A stretch of 64,000 nt of DNA. It comes from Marsupella aquatica. Its lineage: Eukaryota; Plantae; Marchantiophyta. Both the position numbers and the translations under genes were made by a program. The stretch is taken from assembly GCA_973895155.1 (NCBI GenBank), contig OZ316891.1:13423037-13487036 (forward strand), given 5' to 3'. The notes beneath the pieces are model-generated. The model was not told the origin of the DNA and made no database searches. It saw nothing but the letters and a program-made list of their open reading frames with translations. Shown here in pieces: positions 40,330 to 52,151 of this stretch (positions are counted from its first letter, which is position 1; each line of letters begins with the position of its first letter).

Positions 40330-40740
40330 CGATCGATCCCGGCCGGGTAACTGTGGTCGGGTTGGGTGAGAGTCGGGTCGGGCAGAGGGAGTCGACGGGA
40401 GTCAGGGGTGGGCGGTGCAGGCGGTCGGGAGGCAGTAGGTCGGTCGGGGGTTCGGGAGTCCATGGTCGGTCGAGGGGGGTCAGTCGGGGGCGGGTATTCG
40501 GGTTTAGGGGGAGGTCGGGCGAGAGTCGGGGGCGGGGGTCAGGGTGAAAGGTCGGGAGCCGGGGGCGGGGTCGGGTGGAAGTCGGTAGGGCGGGGTCGGG
40601 TGGGAGTCGGTCGGGCGGGGGTCGGGCGGGAGTCGGTCGGGCGAGGATCGGGAGTAGATTTAGGGTAGGTCTAGGGTTCGCGAGGAAAGTTGGGGATCGG
40701 ATTAGGGTTTGCGCCGGCCGGGAGGCAGTCGGGAGGAGGC
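40330..40740 (+). repeat. Left subterminal GTCGG(G) array of the hAT (putative transposase-binding sites)
   Basis: Many GTCGG/GTCGGG copies, all on the plus strand, followed by TAGGGT motifs. Confidence 0.8.
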
Positions 40741-41502
40741 AGGGTGTTTGTTTTGCAGGAGGAGAGTGGAGAAGGAGGGGAGGAGAAGGAGGGGAGGAGG
40801 AGGAGAGGAAGAGATAAGGTCAGGTTTTGTTTTTAGTTTTATGTTTGGTTTATTTTTTGTATGTGTTTGGTGTTTGTTTATGTTTTATATTTTGTATTGG
40901 TTCACTTGTGTTTTCTTTGTCATTTGTAACTTTATTTTTAGATAAATGGAGGGATATAAAGAGAATCCTGTACGTGTGTGTTTGGAGCTTCGGCTCGACA
41001 TGTGGTATTTCGTACAGGAGTCTCTAATATCACCTTAACAATTTATGATCATTTGTAAATTGAGTGAAACCTTTATGGCGATAGAGAAACCCATGTACGC
41101 GCAAGCTTGGAGTTTTGGCTCAGCATGTGATATTTTGCATGGGTGTCACGATTCGCTGAAAATGTTTTCACTCGATCGACAAATGGTTCTTAAATTATAG
41201 ATATCACCTAGATTGAAGTAAGAATGTTATAACCTTGAAAGAAAAGAAAACTTTTGTGTCTATGTTTGGAGCTTCGGCTCAGCATGGGATAATTCACAAT
41301 TGTATTCTCCATTCTTTTATCGTTGTGACATTCAAAACATTAATAAGAATGAAATGGAATAAAAGTATGGGAGAGATAGTGCGTAACAATTCACGTCGAT
41401 CCGTGAATTTCAGGGTTTCTTTATCGACAGTTTATTGGAAGAATTATTTTGGAGTGGTAAGGTTTTACTCCTTTCACCACGTATCATTCCGGTGAAGCCA
41501 CA

Positions 41503-43155
41503 ATGGAGTCTCATTTTCGTGTAGAATATAGACAATTGTTGGAAACAATCATGAAAGTTTTGGATGAGGGGGGTGAACCGGATAGGATTGCTCTGGAGTC
41601 ACTCAGGAATGCACGAAAGACTCTTGAGTATGCAGTAACTCCGACCAAAGTGATTGGGAAGAGGAAAAAAAGAGGGGGGAATATTGAGGTCAAACACGTT
41701 CGATTCAACGTGATAGTGGCAATATGGAAAAAAGTACTATATCGTTACAGTCAACCACATCAATATGAGGCGAATGCGTTTGAGATGGAGTTTACCAAGC
41801 ACGGTCTGAAAGGATACAAGAATTTTGTGAACGAGATAACCCGTTGTATGCGTGAAAGTGTGGAGGATGAAGAGAATTTCACAAGAGAATAGATGGAGGC
41901 ATTTCTAGTTGATTGTGAGAAACCAGCTCGATTCATTGACAATGTGGCATTGAACTTGGAGATGAATATTTGGGATGTGTTGATGGCCAAATTGAGTCAG
42001 GATGATAGTACTTTACTTGGAAACCCTGGGATGTATAAGCACAAGAGGAGTTTGTTATCAACTTGGAGTAAAGAGTTGGCAATGGCAAAAGCAGAAAGTA
42101 ACGTCAAATATGCAAACAAGGTGATGCAGTTTGGGAATGTTAATATCAAAAGTGATTCAAAAGGAACACGTCCATCACGTGTAGTCCCGGAGGTTAGGAG
42201 TATTCATTTCCTTAAGCCTGAGCAGGTGCAAAATGCAAATTCCATCGGGAAAGGTGTTCAAGGAGAGGTTTACATTTGTCACATTTTAGATTGTTCTCTT
42301 ATTTCGATGAATGTCACACTGGTCGCCAAAAGATTCAAAAAAGGTGATAGGCAGAAGAAAAGAATAGATGCATTACAGGAAATGCTTATGGGAGGATTGA
42401 ATCACAAGGAAATTGTTGGGGCTTTGGCAATGACTATTGATGATCCGCCAAGACTTGTTTATGATCACTACAATGGAGGTGATTTGGGAAGCTTCATAGA
42501 TAAGTGCGGATTATGGTCAAAGAGCAAAGAGAAATCACAGGGTACCTCCAACATTGATTTCAACTTTGTTTCTCAGAAGAAAGTTTTTTTGGAGAACCAT
42601 TTGGGAATCTCCTTGGCGTTGCTTGAGACGCTACAATATTTGCATGACCACGGACGATTCCATTGTGATCTTCACTTTGGAAATATTCTTCTTCATTTCG
42701 ACTATGAGGAGGATGTAGCTATCAGGGTGTATGTTGGCTTATGTGATTTTGGCTTGTCCAAACATAAGTCTCAATGCAAATTACCAGAGAATCGAATGTG
42801 GTCTACTCCTACAGATAAAGTTATAGCCTATCAAAAATAATATCCATAATTGGCTCCTAAGCTTGTTTCACCCACTCCAATAGAGTATAGCCAAGCAACT
42901 GACATACATGCTTTGGGTAACATTTTTGAGAGTCTATTTTTAGAGAATTGGGATGGAGCGTCCATGAGGACACGATGGTTGGGTAGGGGTTGGAATGCCT
43001 TGGAACATGGTCCTAAATTGGAAGCTATGGTTTGGGATATGATGGCCACAAACGTTAAGAAAAGGCAGGATTGTGCCTCTTAGAGTTTGAAGATGATTCG
43101 AACCTTTCAGGATTGTAGACTATTTGCACAAAATAGTCCTTATCTTAGGGATTAG
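41503..43155 (+). pseudogene. Intronless protein kinase (about 550 codons) inside the hAT, with four in-frame nonsense codons
   Basis: ORF-track pieces 41503-41892, 41893-42840 and 42850-43083 share one frame, with stops TAG 41890, TAA 42838, TAA 42847 and TAG 43081; likely natural stop TAG 43153-43155. Motifs: Gly loop IGKGVQGEVY, VAKRF lysine, helix-C ALQEML, catalytic loop HCDLHFGNILL, LCDFGLS, LAPKL (APE position), DIHALG. Confidence 0.88.
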
Positions 43156-43307
43156 AGATTACAAAGTTGACCCAACAATTGCCTCATAAAGGCATTAACA
43201 TTGACATGATTTATATGAAGTGATATGTTCATATTGTTGTATATTTTGTTTTGATCAATATTTGAGTTTGTTCTAAATTTGTTTTTACGTTTGTAGATTG
43301 TGCAAAC

Positions 43308-45263
43308 ATGCCACGCTGGGATTTGGAATCTGATGATGACAAAGATACGAATGTCAAACATGATCCTATAATCATGCAAGACGCTCAAGATGTTTACTAC
43401 AATGATTTTGATGATGATGTTCATGGGAAATCGCTACATCCAATAATTGGGCCGGAAGATGAGTCACAACCCAATGTTTGTAATATTGCTATGGCCACCA
43501 AAAACTCCTTGCAAAATACAACAAAATTGGAGGATGGTAGTATCGATTTGGAATGGAATATTGTAGCAGAAAATGTCAAACCTCCTCATGATGAGTGGCC
43601 CATCAATGCAAAAGAATTGGAGATTCTGATGCCCAAAGCAGAGTTCCAGAAATTTGCACGAATGCTTTTTGATGATCCAGAGATGTGGAAAACCAGATCT
43701 TGGTCACAAGAGAAATTTACTATCTCAAAGGTAACACATCGAGCGGTTGCCACGCATTGGCAACAAAGATTTTGAGAATATGCTCCAAACAAGGCAAATG
43801 GGAAAATTGGATCTGTTTATCCTCCATTTATTTGATGTTTGATTGCAAAGTTCATTCTGAATTGGAAGGTGGATTACCGTTGGGAAAATAATGATGGCAA
43901 GGTGACCCATCAGGTGCATAAATCAGTGCATGCTATTACAGCAAATAGAGGCAAAAGTGCAAAGAAAGATGTTCCAATCGGTACTTCCAACAAGGGGTAC
44001 AAAAGAAAGATGGATGATGCACAACAGGGCAATACGCAACAAAAAGAGAAAACAACTGCTATTTCACAATTTTTTGTGAAGCCTGAGGCATCAACCACAA
44101 CAAGCAATGTGGAGTCTACCAACAAAAGAAAACCAAAGATTTCAGGCGTTGGGAGTAGAACTCCACATGTAATCAACATCGATACTTTGAACCCGAACAA
44201 GGGTCGAATGAGCATGCAACATGTATGCAAGAGTTTGGGAGCAGAGGTTGGCGATCTCATTGAGAAGAATCTTTCCACAAAATACGCAGTTGAGCTTTGT
44301 GAATCTGGCACCATTGAAAGGTACAAGGCAAAACTACAAGAGGCTGAATTGAAGATAAAATTGCTAAAAAAGAGACACATGGAATTGGCAAATTCTGAGG
44401 TGAAGGAGTACAAGGTTCAATTGTTTGACAAGATGGAAGAAATCAGGAAGCTGACTCAACGACTTGCCCAAAGAGAAGTTCAACATAATGAAGTGGCAGA
44501 ACTTCAGAAGAAGAACAAAGTCATTAACGATCTTCAAAATGACATTGCATCTAATCAGCTCATCATAACAAATCTGCAGCAGGAGATAGATAATTTCAAC
44601 CATGGTGATTTGGAATGTGAGTCAAAGAAAGATGGGTCAGAAGATTTTGTTCACATGCAGATCATTGATCCTACAGGAGCCAACAACCTTTTTCCGGATG
44701 TGGAGGTTAGTGTTGAAGGCATTCAAAAATATTTTGATAAGTGGAAAAAGGATGATAATATGGCAGCATTTGTTCATGAAAAAGATGACAAGTGTACTTG
44801 GTGCCTATATCCATGGGGTCCTGAATCTGTCTCCATGTTGGGAACTTGTGGTCATATATGGCATCATGCCTGCTTGTTTAGATGGTTGAAGAAGAGCAGA
44901 AAATGTTGGTGTCGCACACCATTTCATGAATGCGAATACGAGCAACGAGGATTGTTGAACCAAATGCCACCAATGGATAGTCAACAAGCCACTGATGAAA
45001 TGACAGAAGAGGGTGTAGCGATGACGCAAATAGATTCCACTCCAATTGAACACTTTACAATCAATGAGTATAATTTGTCAGATGGCGAATTTGACAGGTT
45101 GCTCCTAAGTGATCGATTCAATGAATGGAAGGAATATGCTGCAGCCAATCAGCCATTAGTAGATGAGCAAAATATGCAACAATCTATTTGTCGTCATCCA
45201 CAACGTCAACAGCGGGCAGAAGTGAAAGCAAAAGCAGTAGACTTCAACTGCAAAAGGAATTGA
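43308..45263 (+). pseudogene. Intronless protein (about 651 codons): unknown N-terminal domain, coiled coil and RING-H2 finger (putative E3 ligase), inside the hAT
   Basis: 43308-43775 and 43839-45263 are in the same frame, separated only by TGA at 43773 and 43833. Long heptad region ERYKAKLQEAELKIKLLKKRH...LQQEID. RING-H2 CTWC-x14-CGHIWHHAC-x10-CWC at ~44793-44911. Confidence 0.85.
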
Positions 45264-45690
45264 ATCCAATAGTCTCTACATTTTGATGTACTTGATCCTT
45301 AGAGACTTTTCCTATGCTAGCTCTTGCAAATAGTCTTTGACAATTGTTTTCAACTTTTAATTGTTAAAGAAAAGTTTGGAGTGACATCATATTTTGTTGA
45401 GCTTCTGTGATATGTTTGTGTATCTTCAAGTCGTGCTAAGTGACAATTTTGGGTTCCCCTTCAAGAAAATAGCATTTTGTGCAATATAACCATTTGCAAA
45501 CGTAGCCATAAACTCCATTAGGCAATATGTAAAGGTTGTCTTTAAATAGAGGGACATGAAAAGGTGAAGAATCGTGGTATGTTATCATTGCCCTTGGCCA
45601 AACAAGTAAACTGGCAAAATTGGGAGTAGAGAAATTTGGGATCCATGTTTGTCGACCATGGATGTTCGTTGTTGTCACTTGCTTCGATCT

Positions 45691-46432
45691 AGTGGTGGAC
45701 CTTGCCACCCAACGCCCTCACCAATCCCAACACTTGCGCCTAAGTGCCCTTGGTGCCCGAACTCCTCCACAAAATACCTCGAGCAAGCATCCAAGTGCCC
45801 CTAGCACCACCTGCAGCCACTCCCATACAAAACCGCACTTGCTCCCTTACACAACCGCTACTCAACGGTCCTCACTGTCTGCACAAGCAACCAAACACCT
45901 CGGTAAGTAACCCCTCTGGATCTAGAACTTGCCAAGTCTAGCATCCTAACTCAAGCTCAACAGACGTTGGTAAATAGATCAGCGATAGGTCCTCCCAATG
46001 CCATAAGCCAGAACCAGAATCCACGCCCACTGTCCGTCCAGGACAGCTCCTTCCTTGGGCGCGGCCCGGGTTCCCCCTCGTACCTATCCATCATCAACTG
46101 ACCGCCCTGACCCCAAAACATGTTCATGGCCCAAATAGTGTAGCTTGTCCTAAAGCTTGTCCCAAGCTTATCTCAACACGCCGGGACCAGAATGGCCCTG
46201 ACTCTAACAACAGCTCCCGGTTTGCCCCACTGATGCCCTAGGGACCGAGCGCCCTTGGGACTCATCCTCCATACCTACTTGGCCTTGCCTCCCCAACGCA
46301 AGCTCCCTTGGGAGGCTGAACGCGGCTTGGCTGCTGTTCGGCAGGATTTGGCAAACGGGCGAGCTAACACCCGCACACCACGAGAACCCATGGCACCCCC
46401 AGACCCAGCTGAGGTAGTTGAGTTCCGTGACT
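45691..46432 (-). repeat. 3' LTR (742 bp, internally deleted)
   Basis: Colinear with 52152-52874 plus 53641-53659, with about 30 substitutions by manual count (~4%). Lacks the 766 bp corresponding to 52875-53640. Confidence 0.92.
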
Positions 46433-46436
46433 TGCA

Positions 46437-46445
46437 TCCCCCCTT
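46437..46445 (-). other. Polypurine tract
   Basis: AAGGGGGGA on the minus strand, 4 nt before the start of the 3' LTR. Confidence 0.8.
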
Positions 46446-46870
46446 AAAAATGGTCACGTCCGCGTGACCTAAGTAAACGTTCCAACACGCCTAGACCACT
46501 TTGGGCCTTAAAATTTTTATGAGGTAACAAATGGTTTGCCCATAAGGCTGATGCAAACCAAGTTGGTATGCGCATTCCAAACTTAGGAAATTCCAACCTA
46601 TCCCACTTATCCAAGTAGGATGCCGGTCCAAACGGGTAAGCTAACTCCAAACTTGTCGAACCCATTGTCCTCCCCTCGGGGCGTTCCCCTTTGGTTCGAA
46701 CTAGCCCGCCCACAGATATAGGGCGGACACCGTCAACTTCCACTTGCAAAAAGAAAATCGGCCGCCCAACAACCTCTAGCACCAACGCAATCCAACTTTA
46801 TCCTTAAGAGGCCGAGAGGAGTGAAACTAGGATACAACTCACAAAGGTAGCTACAATTGCCTATACCAGT

Positions 46871-49800
46871 TCACAACGGCGGTAGGCCGCTTCGCTTACG
46901 ATAGCTTCCAAGGATCTTTGAGGCATTACCCAAATTTTCTTCCGGCTCCCAAGTACTCTCGGCCTGGTCGTAGCCAGCCCACTTCACCAAATACTCTAAG
47001 ATTTGCCTTCCCAATTTGCGTTTGTAATGGTGGTCCAGAATTGCCTCCACCTCGAACTCCTCAGCGTCCTCCACCAGCATGGCGTCCGGACGCAAGACCT
47101 GATCTCAGTTGGGATCATCGTCTTTGACAAACTTCTTGAGCCGGCTAACATGGTAGCTTTTGCTCACGCCCATTTCCTTGGGTGTCTCCAACACCACCGA
47201 AACCGGATTATCCTTGTGGGCCCATCGTATGATGCGATAGGGCCCCGCATATATGGGAGCCAGCTTCCTACTTATGTTCCTGTGGTATTGCTCAGGTCTC
47301 AACTGCAACCAGACGCTCTCCCCAATTTCAAAGCTTACCTGGCATCGATGTTTATCCCCTTGCTCCTTGTACCGACTTTGGGCAAGGGTCATACCCTTGG
47401 TAGCCGCTTCCACAACTAGGCGCCGCTCTCGAATAAAATCGTCCACAGAAGGAACCTTGATTTCCGTCCGCCAAGCTTTCGGATTTATAAACCAGGAGGG
47501 CGCCCTTGGCATCCTCCCCATGGCCAACACAAACGGCGCAAACCCCATCGCCAAATGCTTGGTCGAGTTATACCTAAAATTGGCCATTGTTAAATGCTTC
47601 GCCCAATCCTTCTGATTGGCTGTCACAAAGTGACGCAAGTAGTCCTCCACGATACCATTAACCCGTTATGTTTGGCCATTTGTCTCATGATGATACGTTG
47701 ATCCCCTAGTCAAGTCTGTTCCAGATAATCAGAACAACGCCTTCCAAAAATGGCCCGTGAACTTGGTATCACGATCGGACAGGATATGCAACGGCAATCC
47801 CCATTGTCGAAAGACATTGTCAAATACTAGACCGACAACCTCTCGGGCTGAAACCATCTTCGTAGTAGGCAAGAAATATGCCATCTTGGAAAAACGATCC
47901 ACGATTGTTAAGATGGAGTTACTGCCGTGGGACTCAGGTAATCCAACAATGAAGTCCATTGAGATAGACTCCCATGGAGCCGCAACTACTGGTAAGGGTT
48001 GTAGTAGTCCTCCTTTTGCCCTATAGACCGTTTGGTTCTTTTGACACGAGTAACAACTTTGCACATGTTAAAGGACCGATTGCTTCATGTCCGGCCAATA
48101 CATATCTCGTGACATGCTGCGATACGTAGCGGCTTGTCCTCCGTGCCCTCCCCAGGGCGAGTCGTGGTACTTTGCAAAACCTCTAACCTTAGAGACTCTG
48201 GTATGTACACACGTCTTTGCTTGTATCGCCATAACTGGACATTATGCGTCGTATCCAACCCCAACAATATGTGCCTTACCTTGCCCCGGCTACCCCCATT
48301 GCTTTGCCAATCCTTAGCTAACCTGTCATCCCCATACGCCGCGGCCAGAACCTTTGGCCACTCGGATTTGAGCATCGTGATCCCATTGACACGATGTTGG
48401 TCCTTACGCGATAACGCGTCCGTAGCCGTATTTGTCTTCCCTGGAACGTGGCGGACTTCAAAATCGAAATCCGCCAAGAACATCTACCAGCGCATTTCCT
48501 TGGGGTTCAGCCTTGGCTTAGAACTGAAGTACCCGACCAGCAAGCTATCTGTGTGGATTACCACTTTGGGACCGTTCTTAAGGTAAATCTCTCACTTCTT
48601 CAACGCGTAGATCACAACATACATTTCCCTTTCCGACTCGCTTTCCGACGTGATCCAGTGATTTTCCAACTTACATGACTCGAAGGCCACAGGATGCCCA
48701 TCTTGGTGAAGACAGGCGCCGATGGCATAATCACTTGCGTCTGTCCAAATCTTGAACGGCTTCCCCATCTCAGGTAACTTTAGAACCGGCGGCGTTATCA
48801 TTAACCGCTTAAGTTCTAGGAATGCTAACTTGCAATCTTGTGTCCATACAAACACTTTGTTTTTCAATGTTAGCGCATTGAGGGGCCTCGCAATCCTCGC
48901 ATAGTCTTTCATGTATCTCCGATAGAACCCCATAAATCCTAAGAAGGCTCTAACTTGCCTTACATTGGATGGGCGCTCCCAATCTTTGATCTCCTTAAGC
49001 TTGTCCTGACTAGGCGTTATCCCTTCTGGGGTAAAGGTATGGCCGAAGAACTGAATCTCGTTCATCGCAAACTCGCACTTGCTAGGTTTAGCAAAGAGAC
49101 GAGCCTTACGAAGGCGACAGAACACTTCTCTGAGCAACTGCTCATGCTCCTCCAACGTTTTTGAGTAGATTAGGATGTCATCAACAAAGACGACCACTCC
49201 TTGATCCAACAAGTCATGAAAGATGGTATTCACCATCTTCATGAACGTTGCGGCTGCATTACACAACCCGAACGGCATAACCAAAAACTCATAGGATCCA
49301 AACCTTGTGCGCATCGTGGTCTTATACTCGTCTCCCTTAGCCATGCGGATCTGGTAATACCCAGACCGCAAGTCCACCTTTGAAAACTTCTTAGCCCCGG
49401 AGAGGCAATCGAAGAGGTCATCCATATGAGGTAACGCGTACTTGTTCATTACCGTCTGCTTATTGAGGGCCCGATAATCTGCGCACAATCTCAAAGTACC
49501 ATCCTTTTTGGACAAAAACAGTGCGGGCGCCCCATAAGGACTCTTACTAGGGCGAATAAACCCTTGGTCGATCAACTCTTCCAAGGCGTTCTTCAACATC
49601 ATTCGCTCGTTCAGGTTCAGACGATAAGGAGCTTTAGCCTGAGGAGCCAATCCCGGCTCCAACTCAACTTGGTGATCCACTTCTCTCCGCGGGGGTAAAC
49701 CTTTAGGTAGCTTCTACGAGAGCATGTCGCTGAATTCCTCTAAAATTTCAGGAATTCAACCGCAGTCAGGCCCGACCTTAGCTAACTTGACCTTTGGCTG

Positions 49801-50280
49801 CGACGCACCCTCCTTAGTTGGGTGGAGATGAAAGAAGAAATATTCATGTCCACCCTTGAAGTCTTTCCACCATTGCTTCGCCGATACACACGGAGACATC
49901 CACGACACTTTACTTACTTTAAGAAATCTTTCTTTATTTTTGGTAATTTTGTGTACAACGATGGGCTCACCGCCCTTATTGGGAAAATGGAGCACCTCGC
50001 CCCCCGGTTTCAAGGTAACATTGTGCTTTCTGAGATAACCTACCGACAAAATGAAGTCTACAACTAGACCGTCTAGAATGTAGAACATCTCCTGACTAAC
50101 AAAATTTTGTTGTTCGCCTATGACCTCTACCCGAAGTCTATGCACTACTCTCGACACTATCCCCTTTGTGTCGTTGGCGAACTTGCACACTAACGGTTGT
50201 AACAACTCTTGCACGTCCACCCCAAGACGAGCTGCCGCCTGCCCACTTATGAAGTAGGCGGTCGCGCCTGTATCCACCAA
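46871..50280 (-). pseudogene. pol: Retrotransposon pol (protease, RT, RNase H, integrase, chromodomain), broken by stops and frameshifts
   Basis: LVDTGAT protease; RT LPHMDDLFD, KVDLRSGYYQI, YEFLVMPFGL, VFVDDILIYS; RNase H TDASDYAIGA; integrase WESISMDFIVGLP, VDRFSK, SDRDTKF, KLAPIYAGPY; chromodomain FEVEAILDH...YLVKWAGY...STWEPEENL (46871-47095). Confidence 0.95.
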
Positions 50281-50299
50281 AGCAACACCCAGATTACTG

Positions 50300-52006
50300 T
50301 TAGAAGTGACAATTCACAAAAATCAGTTTTTCAGGATCCATTGTCTTAACTTTAGGTATCTTCTCTCGCAACAACACCCTCTCACCGTCAGGGAAATCCC
50401 CTACAGGGACCTTGTCAGCTACTAAGGGTTCGGTTAGAGCGATACTTACCTTAATGCTCTTCTGCCCTCCACCATCTCTGTTTGGCTTGCCACCTTTCGT
50501 GGAACAATCCTTACTTTGATGGCCCATGGCGCCACATGTGAAGCACGAACCTTCAGCCCGCCTTTGCTCCATGGTCGCCTGCTTCTTTGCTTTTTGTGCC
50601 GATGAGGCTCCTTTCTTAAAGTTGTCGGCCTTCCGGTTTCGCTTGGCTTCACCATTCTGGGGCTGGGGATCCGAACCACCGGCCCCCGGCCCCTCAGGTT
50701 GCGTCCACTTATTCCCGGGACCTTTTGCTTTCCCAGCTTCCCCCTCGAATCCCTTGCCACCCACCTTCGCCAAGTCCGGTCGGTTATTCACCAACGTAGT
50801 GGCCTTGTCGAAGGCGTCAGAAAGCGTTTTGAACTCATGACGCTTTTCCTGCAACTTTTCCCTGAGCAACGGCGGGAGCTTCACGATAAAGTTGTGAAGC
50901 TGTGTATGTAGGGTCTCTTGTCCCGCCGGGATACACGCCAACTGATTCTGGTAATAAGTGATGAACTTTTGGATATCACCCCTGAAACTCATCTCCGTTA
51001 CGCATTTTTGAGCGTGCCGCTCTAGATACTTAGTGGTGACATGAGCACGGAGACCCTCAACCAGGTTTTCCCAAGTTAACAGCAAGGCGGAGTCGTCTTG
51101 CGACTTCTTCCATGACTTGTACCAAGTCAAGGCATAGTCCTTCAGGTAAGGAGCGGCTGCGGTAGCCCAAGTGGAATGCTCAATGCACGCTTGGAGATGA
51201 ATCTCCATCGTGGAGAGCCAACTTAGGAACTTTTGTCCACTTTGCTTGTAGGCCCCGTCGTAAGTTGGAGGAGTCGGTAGCTGGTTCACTTGGAACATAC
51301 TCCGTCCAACTACCATTCCCCCCTCGGGACGCGATGCACTCTGACTACCCAGACTAAGTAAGTACTTAATCTGGGCCCCCTTGTTGTGTTCCAACTGCTC
51401 ATAGATGAGTCGTTGGTCTTGAGTCAATGGACCCAGACCGTCATCAGCGGCCGGGCCCTTACGGGTTGTATGAGGACGGTCCTCCAACTGTCTTTCCTTT
51501 GCGGGCCGCCTGTCCTTAGGTTCTCTTGTGGATTTTGGTGACATCCCCCGGGTCTTGCGAGCACCATGACCTCCAGGGACTGAGGTATCACCCGCATCAT
51601 CCTGGTTTTGCTTGGTCAAATTATCCACGATGATGTCCGGCTCGGCATCATCCTCTGGTTCCGCATTCAACCCTCTCAAGGCTGGGATCAGTTCCTCCTC
51701 CGGGTCCTGACCCTCTTCCTCTGTCTCAGCTTCAACGTCGTCATCGCTTGCAGTTGCGTCGGAGTCGTCGTCATCCAACCCATCCTCTGAAGGATCAGCC
51801 GCCTCCTTCCCTTTAAGTTGACGGTGCTCTGCACTTGACTTGTTTGCCGCAGCGGTCGACAGTTCGGCCGTTGCGTCTTCTTCGTCTTGCTTGTAACGTT
51901 CGTCTAGGGAAGTCGACCCGTCCTCCTTCTGTTCATCTTGAACTTGGGCTCTCCCCTTGGTGGGGGGAGCCTGCTTGCCACTCTTTGCACGAGCATTTTT
52001 TGCCAT
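50300..52006 (-). CDS. gag: Retrotransposon gag with long acidic N-terminus and CCHC zinc knuckle
   Basis: Open frame from ATG 52006 (or 52051); capsid-like YLKDYALTWY...LTWENL; CFTCGAMGHQSKDC. The protease continues in a different frame just after 50300. Confidence 0.9.
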   Translation of the reverse strand: MAKNARAKSGKQAPPTKGRAQVQDEQKEDGSTSLDERYKQDEEDATAELSTAAANKSSAEHRQLKGKEAADPSEDGLDDDDSDATASDDDVEAETEEEGQDPEEELIPALRGLNAEPEDDAEPDIIVDNLTKQNQDDAGDTSVPGGHGARKTRGMSPKSTREPKDRRPAKERQLEDRPHTTRKGPAADDGLGPLTQDQRLIYEQLEHNKGAQIKYLLSLGSQSASRPEGGMVVGRSMFQVNQLPTPPTYDGAYKQSGQKFLSWLSTMEIHLQACIEHSTWATAAAPYLKDYALTWYKSWKKSQDDSALLLTWENLVEGLRAHVTTKYLERHAQKCVTEMSFRGDIQKFITYYQNQLACIPAGQETLHTQLHNFIVKLPPLLREKLQEKRHEFKTLSDAFDKATTLVNNRPDLAKVGGKGFEGEAGKAKGPGNKWTQPEGPGAGGSDPQPQNGEAKRNRKADNFKKGASSAQKAKKQATMEQRRAEGSCFTCGAMGHQSKDCSTKGGKPNRDGGGQKSIKVSIALTEPLVADKVPVGDFPDGERVLLREKIPKVKTMDPEKLIFVNCHF

Positions 52007-52135
52007 GTCCCCAGCGACCGAATCTGCCCGTAGTCGACCCACCGGGCACATTGAAGCACTAAGTCCCCGCAAAAATCTGTTAAGATTTTTGGATTCTGAC
52101 TTAGCACAACTCCGGCCCGGTGTCTATGCCAGCAA

Positions 52136-52149
52136 TCGCTTTGATACCA
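52136..52149 (-). other. Primer-binding site, initiator tRNA-Met type
   Basis: TGGTATCAAAGCGA two nt after the 5' LTR; the canonical plant PBS is TGGTATCAGAGC. Confidence 0.85.
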
Positions 52150-52151
52150 CA

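Noticed and set aside
40245-40945. Gly/Arg-rich and Pro-rich ORFs at the hAT left end (and their counterparts at 58655-59301)
   Set aside because: Artefacts of the GC-rich subterminal arrays.
46444-46785. 113-aa ORF between the chromodomain and the PPT (possible env-like extra ORF)
   Set aside because: Short, non-ATG start, no transmembrane or other motif; likely 3' UTR.
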